From positions 379,998,001-380,062,000 of the forward strand of contig OZ024740.1 in NCBI GenBank assembly GCA_964016885.1: a DNA stretch of 64,000 bases. The letters run 5' to 3'. Of this stretch, positions 53,611 to 64,000 are shown in pieces; position 1 is the first letter of the stretch; every line of letters begins with the position of its first letter. The notes beneath the pieces are model-generated. The model was given only the letters and a program-made list of their open reading frames with translations, made no database searches and was not told where the DNA came from. This DNA comes from Eledone cirrhosa (taxonomy: Eukaryota). Both the position numbers and the translations under genes were made by a program.

Positions 53611-53974
53611 ATATAATAGTATATTAACTATCTAATGATACATATTATATATAAATATAGTAAAAGAAAAAAATATATATTTATTTATATATAGAATATA
53701 TTGACAAGTAAATGTTTTGAAACAGCGAGCGAGTTTGAAATTAGAAATAGAAGCTTTCGTCATATTTTTTTGTTAAAGAAATTTTAGCCTGATTAAAACC
53801 CTCTAAGAAATGGAAAAAAAAAGATGAGTGTTAAAGAACATGGAAGTCTAACCCACATCTTTGGTTATCCAGACCACTGCGCTACCATTACGCCAACTCA
53901 TCACGATGTCCCAAAGCAGTATATATTATATTATTCATTATATATATAAATTAACGATTTGATTTATTGTATAT

Positions 53975-54114
53975 TGTTTCTACTTTTGGCACAAGGCCAG
54001 CAATTACTCAGTGCATTACTGGTACTTTATTTTATCGATCCCGTAAGGATGAGAGGCAAAGTTAACCTCGGCGGGATTTGAACTCAGAATGAGGTTAACT
54101 TTGCCTTTCATCCT
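53975..54114 (-). mobile_element. SINE family B with a short 5' inversion
   Basis: Reverse core, plus the inverted repeat aggatgagaggcaaagttaacctc / gaggttaactttgcctttcatcct. Confidence 0.8.
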
Positions 54115-54214
54115 GATTTATTATATATTGTTTACAATTTGCATGTAGACAGGTCTCCATAGAATTAGGGCTGGAGACGCTGAGGGTAATATGTGGTCGT
54201 GGAGGGGGGGGGGG

Positions 54215-54385
54215 ATAACCTCCTACGTAATACAAGGTGTGATCTGGCTAGCACTTAGAATTACAGGTACAACTCGGAACAATGTAAAATAAAGTGTATT
54301 GCTCAAGGACAAATGCGGTAATGGAAATCGAATTGACACTCTAAAGATCGCCAGAAGTACACCTTAACAAATGAACCATGTCACT
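54215..54385 (-). mobile_element. SINE family A
   Basis: aaataaagtgtattgctcaaggacaaa is the reverse of the family A core. Confidence 0.65.
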
Positions 54386-54725
54386 TAACAACACTCACGC
54401 ACAGACACTTACTCACACATACACACGCACACATATATACCTACATACAATGAAATAGTTCTAGTTATGTAGAAGTTATTTCAATGAAATAAATATACTT
54501 ATTCACTACTAACGAATTAAGTACTTTATTTAACTGTAGTTATTTCCCGATTCTATTCGGGATAACGTCATTAATTATATATATATAATTATAATGTAGG
54601 AGGTGAGTTTTATTGTAGTACAATAAAGCAATCGGATACAGGTACAACTCGGAACAATGTAGGACTGGAGTATGTAGGACTGGAGTATAAATCATATAAG
54701 ATCAAAAGATGGTTAAAAGAGTTCC

Positions 54726-56240
54726 ATGTCTTTTATTATGCGCATTTCAATAACCATCTTAGAATTCAACAGTGAATACTGGACTAGAGCTGATACCTCC
54801 AACAACTTTGATATTACAATGGGTGCATCCGATTCATCGCAATTGACTGATTTAATTGGTATCTTTATTTTGAATTCTTTAAATCGGAAAATTCCTCAAC
54901 TTCGCGGTGGAATTTATCGTGACGATGGACTTTTTACTATCTTAAATTGCAATATAGTTAACCTTAATATTATTAAGAACAATATACGTGATCTCTTTAA
55001 CCAACATAACTTAAAAATTGAATTTGATAACAACGTCAAACTAGCTAACTTCTTAATCTTGACACTGGCCTATATTATCCTTACCATAAAAACAATGAGA
55101 ATCTAAATTATGTTAATTTTAAATCTAACCACCCTACTAACATTAAAAATGCTATAGTTAGTAATATTGGAAAAAGAATATCAAACCTATCATCTAATAA
55201 AAAATATCTTTGATGCTAACGCCAATTACTATAATAATGCGCTTTCTAAAGCCGGTTATCCTCATAAAATCAAATACAGTAAAGAAACCAATCCTAGAAG
55301 ATCTTACAGTAAAATAATTAATTATGATCATTCCAATAACTTAAATAAAAGACCTAGATACAAAAATATAATCTGGTATAATGCTCCTTTCTCTATTTCT
55401 ATTAATAATAATATTCCTAAATTATTCTTTAGTGCCTTAAATAAATGCTTCCCTCCCTCATATATCTATAGTAAAATATTTAACAAACATACAATAACAT
55501 TTTCCTATTCCACCTCCTCCAACATCTCCAACATTATCTCTAAACACAACAATAAAATATTAAATACTAAATCACTTCCTTCCAACACTGAATGTCATAA
55601 TAATAGCAGTAGTACTCCCGACGTCATTGTTAACTCTAGGCTAGTTTCTGCAAACTCAAATACGACGTCAAACGTAACTTCGTCAAATGTTCTTAATACC
55701 AATCTAAATCAGGAAACTATTATTCCTATCGTAAATAACTTCTCCAATCCAATTCCTCCTATAGATAACACTAGGTCACTTGTTAATAACTCTGTTAATT
55801 TCTCTAATCGCAATTGTAATTGCCCTGTTAAAAATAAATGTCCTCTCACCAACCATTGTCTTGAAAAAGACTTAGTCTATGAATGTAAAGTTATAACTGA
55901 TACCAATTCCTTTACCTATTTCGGCTCCACTTCCACCTCCTTCAAAGCCCGTTTTTATAATCACAAATCTTTTAAATACCAACTTAAAAGAACCAACACA
56001 GCACTCTCAGAACTCATATGGTCCTTGAAAGACAAAAATATTAACTATAACATCTCTTGGAGGAAAATTTGTTCTGCCTCTCCCTACTTGAATGCCTCCC
56101 TATCCAGAACGTGTAATCTTTGTTTATGTGAGAAATTCACCATTATATCTAATTTAGATTCTATAATAAATAGACGCACTGACTTATTTTCTCTCTGCTT
56201 GCATAAATTCCACAGAACATTCCATAAAGTATACAGCTAA
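54726..56240 (+). pseudogene. PLE RT (C-terminal half) plus GIY-YIG endonuclease, frameshifted
   Basis: Track ORFs 54726-55106 and 55167-56240. Confidence 0.92.
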
Positions 56241-57370
56241 TATCTAATACTTTACCAGTTTAAAATCCTTTTTCTCAAAGGCTTATATATATATTTCTTT
56301 AAAAATATACCCATCTTTCTACCTTATTTCAATATTATTTATTATACATTATATAATACTAGTTACTCATTCTATATCATTCCTATTTATCACTTTCCTT
56401 TCTTCCCCTTTTCTTTTAATTTCTAACCTCTAATCTGTACTTTTTCTTCCTAAATACTTCTCAATTCTTATTATTACTCACCACAACATATCCACTCTTC
56501 CATCTTTCTTCCTATCATTGGCCATAAAAATTATTATTACTTTTTACTTACTTTATAGCATTACCTTTAAAATTCCTTCGTAAACATAAACATTTTTTTT
56601 ACCTTAGATTATTCCTCCTCAGTTCATTATATTTTTCTCCCTTTCAGGCTCGTCTGACTTTTACATATTACATATCACAATACATAAAAACAAAATTAAA
56701 CCCTAACTAATCTCCTTTATTACATTATATTATTACCATTAGAAAATACTTCATAAACATATATATTTTGATGTTAGAGTCTTCTCTTCCTTAAACACTA
56801 TTTTCTTCTTTGCTTTCTGCGCTCATTTGTAAACAAATTATTTACTTATATTACTCATACATATTATATTACATAAAAACAAACTTAAACACTAACTAAT
56901 TCCTCTAAATTCATAATTTATCCACTCTTCTATTTCTTTTCACATTATATCCTTAATAACATTAATATTTTTATTTTAATAATACATATTAACAATTTCT
57001 TTTCATCGCATATTAAACCCTTCAATATACAAACCTTAATTTAATATTATTCTTAATTTTTTCTCTTCATCAACTTTTCATTTTCAAATTCTTTTAAATT
57101 ATATATTATCTTCCAACGGCTTTTTAACCTCTCTCTGTGAAACAATATATATTTTTTCTCAGTTATAAAGGATATCTCTTTCTTTCTATCACCCATCTCT
57201 CCTCCTATCTCATCCTTCCTTATTATACTCCTCCCCCACCATTCTTTACTCTCATCTCCTCCTCTTTTTCACCCCTTCATTTTTTCCCAATATCACACAT
57301 CAATCTTAAATTACTTTTCATATGTTGATTTAAAACTTCACTATTCACAAGTGTTTTTTAACCTTCATAT

Positions 57371-57455
57371 CATGTATCCCTATTTTATCTGACGAAAACG
57401 CAAATGTCATCTCATGATGATATTTGTTTTTGAAATGCGATTAATATAATACATG
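57371..57455 (+). ncRNA. Hammerhead ribozyme of the PLE pLTR (stem III degenerate)
   Basis: tattttat CTGACGA aaacgcaaatgtcatc-tcat-gatgatatttgttttt GAAA tgcga TTA atataata, with an outer catgtat/atacatg stem. Confidence 0.7.
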
Positions 57456-57510
57456 GAACTCTTTTAACCATCTTTTGATCTTATACTATATATAATTATA
57501 TATATATATA

Positions 57511-57602
<92 letters not shown>

Positions 57603-57692
57603 AAGGTTAAACAAGGTTCAATGAATAAATAAAAGAATAAAGTTTTACAATAGATTAGAAGCACTCCACAGGTACGTTTTCCGGAAGTATTA

Positions 57693-58032
<340 letters not shown>

Positions 58033-58297
58033 AATACATACGAAAGCAGGATATAAAGAGAGTAAAACTTAACCGTAAGTTAGTTTTACAATAATTCACA
58101 AGTTACACTAAAATAATTTACTAATTACCGTCCCTGTAATTTAAATATCAGTATATTAAAGCACTAACCGCTCGCTTTTGAATAATAACTAGAACAAGGA
58201 TAAAACTGACAAGACAAAAATATGATGGAAAACAGAAGAGATTCAGTCTGTACTTTGTGAAGAAATTTAATTTATTTGATTAAGTAACCAGTCCTTA

Positions 58298-58460
58298 AGG
58301 TGACGTATCGGCAGTCTAGTTTGGGCGTAGGTTCAAAAATGTTTCAGTATTTGTTCTGGCTAGCTGAGTTCAAATACCGCTGAGGTCAACTTTATCTTTC
58401 ATTCTTTCGAAATCGTTACATAAAGTACCACTCCAGTACTAGGGTCGATTTGTTCCCTCT
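58298..58460 (+). mobile_element. SINE family B, diverged
   Basis: ctgagttcaaataccgctgaggtcaactttatctttcattctttcg...taaagtacca. Confidence 0.7.
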
Positions 58461-58726
58461 CTCCTTCTATATTTCCCATTATACCTAAAGGATTATGTCT
58501 AGTCATACACTAATCACTACATCTGGTTGACGTCACATACTTTGTAGTTGTCATCTACGACCCATTATTATTTTCAATTGTCTATTTCAAATACATTCGG
58601 TTACTTGCGGGAAATGATAGGGTGTATTTCATTGCACAGTTACCTACAAATTACACACACACACACACATGATATATATATATATATAATATTAATAAAT
58701 GGAAACTATCTTTATAAAACCATATT

Positions 58727-58788
58727 TATTTTATTATGTATATTTCAAGGGTACCAACATTTTTGGTACGCTCTCATCAGATAAAATA
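58727..58788 (-). ncRNA. Type I hammerhead ribozyme
   Basis: tattttat CTGATGA gagcgtaccaa-aaatg-ttggtaccctt GAAA tatac ATA ataaaata. Stem I is 8 bp. Confidence 0.8.
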
Positions 58789-59916
58789 CAAAAGTTGTTT
58801 TATAGATAGGGACATATCCAAAACCAAGAACTTATCGTTTTAAGTTCTCTTTGCTTATATATATATATATATTTTATTATAAATTTCCGGTTGGTTGGTT
58901 GGTTCTATAACCGGATGGTCGTTCATATATTGTCAAAGTTCTTTTGTCACACATTCTGTGACCTCTTCAGTCACTGGGGATTCTTTTCTTTATGTTGTGC
59001 CTCTCCTTTGTTCTGTCCTACGCCATCTTGTTTTTGTGTAAAAACAATTGCAACAAACTAAATTTGAAGCTCCTACGCAATGGCTTGAGCTGCTGGGAAT
59101 AGCAACAACATCTCGCAAAAATTATATCTTTAAAAATGATGGATACATTGGATGATGAAGTCCTAACTTTAATTCAGACAATATAGTCACTTCTGGCATA
59201 TTCGGTTAGCACTGACCCCGGCAAAAAACAACAAGAACAATTTATAGCAAATCATCATTTCCACTTGATAAACATTTCCTTATTCTTCTCATTCGATAAC
59301 AGAAAGAATAACAAAGTACATGTGATGTAATATTTCAAGTAATGAGAAATTCTTGATAGCTTATCAATGCATCTCAGCATGACGTAATTTCAATATTTCT
59401 AAACCCTCCCAGGAATTTCTGAGCGCTTTAACTTTACAAATGAAATCCATGTTTACAAAATTATTTTTAGACTCTCAGAAAACGTCAGAGATATGATCAA
59501 AAGATAACGTCACTAATTTGTTGTATATCCTTACAGGCTGAATACATTTATTGCATTATAGTTGCTTGAATTCCTCGGTTTATAAAATAGTACTATCTTA
59601 TAACAATTATATTGTGGAAGTATCATGATGGCTATGATATAAATATGCGGTTATATTTCTGTTGCCTTTTGTAGTATTATTCATATTGTATAATGTTAAA
59701 AGACTTCTATATAATGTATGACATAATCACTAACCCTTTTTAGTATTTAAAAATAGGACAAACTAAAACATACATGAATATACGATAGAACTGATTCCTC
59801 TTAATTGCATAATCTGCTGATTAAATTTTTTTATGTAATTACTAGAGTGTACAATTAAGTGAATTCGCAGTACCAGTAGTAAATTACGAGATTGCTATAT
59901 ATTGCCAGAATTGGGA

Positions 59917-60070
59917 AGGTGGCGAATTGGCAGAGTGATTATGAAGTTGGAATGAAAATAAATGCCTCGATATTTGTTTCGGTTTACTGCTTTCTGAGTT
60001 CAAATCCCACCGAGGCCAACTTTACCTTTCATCCTTTAGCAATCAATAAATGAAGTACCAGGATTGGGGT
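59917..60070 (+). mobile_element. SINE family B
   Basis: ggtggcgaattggcag...ttctgagttcaaatcccaccgaggccaactttacctttcatcc. Confidence 0.8.
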
Positions 60071-61246
60071 AGATTTTGGTTCTCGCTATGGCATAATTTG
60101 CTGTTTTCTGCCCTAAAAAGAAAAGGGTTTTGCCCTAGACATGTCGTATATCAGGACGGCGTCTCCACGACTCCACCAGATATTGTGTCTATATTACAAC
60201 TGCATGGATTATACAATAGAGCAACAATAAAGCGCTTTCTCTTTCACTTAGTTTTTGGTTTCGCACACATAATTTACTTATGTTCTACTCAGTCCAATTT
60301 ATTTTTAATTGATATGTATTACTAACATATACTGTGTACGGGTTATCAATTTCTTTTTATATTTATCAATTTCTCAGGTTTTCCAGATTCATATGCCCTA
60401 ACAATGACTTTCAAACATTTATAATCATTTAATGATAAGAATTAGGTGCATGCACGATAAACATAATCAATCGGGTCGATTACAGACAAATGTGTTTGAT
60501 AAGTAAAACAATAAAATAGCATTCGTTATCCGCTTGATTCAATGCTATCTTTAACCAATTTTATCTGCAATGAAGATTTATCTATTAAAGACATTTGTTA
60601 CACTCTGTATCTCAACTTCGATAGTGTTTAATTCATTGAATGGATAAAAATAACTTAAATAAATCTTATTGTTTTGACATCGGTTGTTTGTAAACATGAA
60701 GTATTGAACAATGTTATATTGACTCATCACGAAAACGGAAGCTTCAAGTATCACTTTATTCATATCAAATAACGTTCAATTTTATACTACATTTTGCCAA
60801 GGTTCTATTCAAAATTTGAATTAATCTCATACAATTATCGAAATTGACAACATTTGCATATGTATTTAACCGATCATTTGTACATAGATTTGAAGCCAAA
60901 CTGTTTGTTATTTTGTAAATTTATTCGATTAACCGACTTGTGCAATTCAAGGCGATCACTAACAAACTGACAAGTTAGATTCAAATCCGTAATAAGTGAG
61001 GGAATAAATGTCTGCGTGTATGTCGGTGTACGTATGGATATAATTGTCTTTTCATAATGTGTATACATGCTTCTTTAGTAAATGAATGCTTGATGAAATT
61101 GCATATATATATGTCTGTATGTTAATTGCGAATAGAGAAGATTTTGGAATGATTTAAAATCTTCATAATGTACCTTAAACGACTGCATTTGGAGGACGCC
61201 ACGATTTCCGTAAGTAAGTGCAATTTATGTGTCTTTGACGGGACCT

Positions 61247-61576
61247 CTAGGAAATTTTATTCAGCAGGTGACATTCGAAATAGTTTTGAAAACATTGTAA
61301 TATCTTATTACAAGATTGGTTTGCAGACACTATTGAACAGCTGAGGATCATGTGGGTGATATCTTCCACATTGAAATGACACAATCTCAATGTGGAGGTA
61401 TCCATACAACTTTTATTGATAAAATATTTAGTAGCTCTTTCCTGTTCATGAATAGCGAAGGTGTATCCTTCCAGGAGGGATATGCTGTGTCGATCACAGA
61501 TGGGTGATGAGATAATCTTATTGTTAATATCGATATTATCCCCTAGCTTTTGGAATATACTATTCATGCATAACAA
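61247..61576 (-). pseudogene. Degenerate R4/Dong-like fragment (Zn knuckle region)
   Basis: LEGYTFAIHEQERATKY...RLCHFNVEDITHMILSC parallels the 9773-9996 frame. Confidence 0.7.
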
Positions 61577-61911
61577 ATTATATCTGTTACACGTGGGTCA
61601 CACGCAATAGTTGTACACTTAGTGGATTGTTCGTAAGTTTTTCACTTATTCTCAGATTGTTATTATTTTCAATGTTGAATACACATCTGATTTAGTTATT
61701 TACCTTTTGACAATTCAGTAGGCGTGGTTTACGTAATACTGTGAGGCACCTTAAAGCCGTTTCAACGTGCTTTTGTCTGTATCACTCGTGTCACTGTCAC
61801 ACTTGATGTGGAAGATAGCAGTAATGATTAATATCATATATTCTTAGTTTTGATGCCCAAATTGTGGATTTCTTCAAGTATCATAGCACCAGCATATGGT
61901 GAGAGTACATG

Positions 61912-62020
61912 AGAGTAGTGGTTAGAATGTTAGATTCATGATAATAAAGTCATGGGTTCGATTCCTGGATTGAGCAATGCATTGCGTTTTTAAGCAAGAT
62001 GCTTCATTTCACGTTTCTTT
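61912..62020 (+). mobile_element. SINE family A head
   Basis: tagtggttag...gggttcgattcc...taagcaagatgcttcatttcacgtt. Confidence 0.65.
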
Positions 62021-62470
62021 TCCTGTTAAGACGAGGACTTCTATGATTAAAACAGCAAAGAAGCTCCCTATAAGACACAACACCGGAACATACTATCAAG
62101 CCAGCTAAACCATCATAGGTGTGAGCGGTAAGTTTCGTTTTTTTTTTCACCAGTATATGCAGCATTGTCACCAATTCCGGAATACTAGTAGCATTCGTCA
62201 ATTAGTGACAGGGAATATGGACAGGTAATTGATATTAATATTCCTTATCTAGTCAACAATCTCTCCTTATGAGCACTTATCCTAACCAAACTCCTTTCCC
62301 ATGTAAGAATGATGTGACCAACTCTGTCTCGGTTTAATGAATATAGTTTATCGACAAAAGTGTCTAGGTTACATTAATGTTTCATTACTCTGTGGTAAAA
62401 ATGAAGTATTCTAGTTGGATTGTTTATCGACATAGACGTGAGGGAAGGTCCCTCGTCTATTTACCATTTT

Positions 62471-64000
62471 TGTAAGTGAGAATTATGACAAAGTGAGTGG
62501 GTGTGTGCGTAAACAAGACAATAACCACAACAAGAGTTATATTCAATAAATGTAAATAATGGTGATGTTTATTTTGTTTATATGTGTTTATTATATTACA
62601 AATGGAACATACCAAATATAGACGCGGCCAGTTGTGGTGAATTACAATTACAAAGGTATTGTGGGGTTTGCTGTTTGCTGTTCTCAACGAGGGGGAGACA
62701 ACTAGGGTTGTTCCATTATCCGCCAGGAGGCGTGAGGCGTCTTACTACAGTATCCCCTGCCAGATTTTCAAATCATCGAAAATCGATGTTATTACTCACA
62801 CGTGTAGTAAGATGGCGAACAATGCAACAAGGGGGAGCTATTCGCTCTACCAATTATTAAATCCAAAATAAGGATTTGAAAAATGTTAAAAAAAAACAAC
62901 AACATGCATGCATAAAAAACAGGCAAAGAAAAAAGCAGAAACACAGAAGCAAAAAAAAGGTGCAGCTGACACAGTCTAAATATAGACGGTGCTGCAAAAT
63001 CTTTTGGGCCAGTGGACCCTACGACCTGAACGGGTCGTGGTCTTGTAACGTGGCGATGGTGCTGGTGTAGGGACAGGCGATGATGGTGGTTCAGGAACAG
63101 GCGTTCGCTCAACAGGCAAATACGAAGGGGTTCGTGGATCAGGAACCACAGCGTCCGTGTCAAGTGTGCCTGCTTAAGCCTGTCTATTGTAACTGTCTCC
63201 CTGGACCCTTTAATATCTAAAGTGAAATGCTTAGCCGAGCGCGCTAAGACATGGTAAGGTCCAGTGTAAGGCTGTGTGAGCGGGGGCTTCACAGAATCTT
63301 TCCTTACAAAGACATGCGTCCACGAGGCAACATCCCTCGGGACAGCAGTCTTGACAGTTTGTTTCCTAGTGTCCATTGGCGGCAAATCCTGGAAATAGGA
63401 GCGCGACGGGACACGTAGGAAGCGTGATCTTGGGCATCAAGATCGATAGGGGCAAGCATTTGCCCGGGCAACGTCAGAGGGGCACCGTACAGTACTTCGG
63501 CCGGTGAAAATCCAAAGTCGACCTTCACCGTTCACCGAATCCCTAGTAGCACAATAGGGAGGTACTCGCTCCAATGCGCCGAGTCCATTGAGGCCATTAA
63601 GGAGGCCTTCAGTTGTCGGTGAAAACGCTCCACCATACCATTCGAAGCGGGATGGTACGCCGTAGTTCTAATGCGTTTAGCACCAATTAAATTTGACAGT
63701 TCGAGGAAAAGGCTCGACTCGAACTGTCGTCCACGGTCGGTAGTTACTGTGGATGGAACTCCATAACGAGAGATCCATCCAGACACAAGAGCACGCGCTG
63801 TTGTCTCAGCGGTGATGCTTTTCAAGGGGATGGCTTCAGGCCATCTTGAAAAACGGTCAATTATGGTCAGCAGATAAGAATAACCATCGCTGACAGGCCA
63901 AGGTCCCACTATATCAATATGAATGTGCGAAAAACGCGCATCTGGGTTAGTAAAGGTACCCAGAGCCTTGACGTGTCGATGGACCTTTGATTTCTGGCAA
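62471..64000 (-). mobile_element. Ty3/Gypsy LTR retrotransposon 3' part (integrase, possible 3' LTR)
   Basis: Integrase and GPY/F motifs are clear. The LTR at about 62471-62850 is only tentative: it ends in aca and has aataaa on the minus strand, but no clear polypurine tract. Confidence 0.85.
62990..64000 (-). pseudogene. Gypsy integrase (rve D,D35E and GPY/F), frameshifted at the C-terminus
   Basis: [25 protein letters not shown] and [14 protein letters not shown] in ORF 63532-63909 and its upstream frame. PYTGPYHV in ORF 62792-63385. Confidence 0.93.

Larger units (their letters stand above)
54695..57488 (+). mobile_element. 5'-truncated Penelope-like element (Neptune-type) with an inverted pLTR end
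   Basis: RT motifs FDITMGASD and GGIYRDDGL. WYNAPF, CNCPVKNKCPLTNHCL, LVYEC...YFGST...FKARFYNH and CNLCLCEK. Hammerhead at 57371. 54695-54729 is the exact reverse complement of 57451-57485. Confidence 0.95.

Noticed and set aside
54515-54575. Minus-strand hairpin-GAAA-hairpin (similar cases at 57670 and 58880-58975)
   Set aside because: The CTGANGA core or stem I is missing, so they were not counted as ribozymes.

Overview
AT-rich, microsatellite-saturated animal DNA with no host protein-coding gene that I can support. The (TA)n/(TATG)n/(CA)n density and SINE content suggest a cephalopod (Octopus-like) intergenic or intronic region, which is an inference. Most ORFs in the track are artefacts of dinucleotide and tetranucleotide repeats. 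The real coding remnants all belong to mobile elements: three Penelope-like elements (PLEs) with GIY-YIG endonucleases, a 4.6-kb L1/Tx1 element, RTE, Vingi-like, CRE-like and R4/Dong-like non-LTR fragments, a Gypsy integrase, hAT remnants and MITEs. There are also many tRNA-derived SINEs. Three signals stand out. (1) About 11-12 type I hammerhead ribozyme motifs occur on both strands, several in ORF-less fold-back or tandem units in (TA)n, including a ~409-nt retrozyme-like repeat and a palindrome carrying two hammerheads. (2) A ~480-620 bp non-coding repeat family lies in (TATG)n, and its hairpins show compensatory base changes between copies. (3) A possible 39-nt intron would fuse ORF1 and ORF2 of the Tx1 element. 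All structures and alignments were read by eye; no folding or database search was run.
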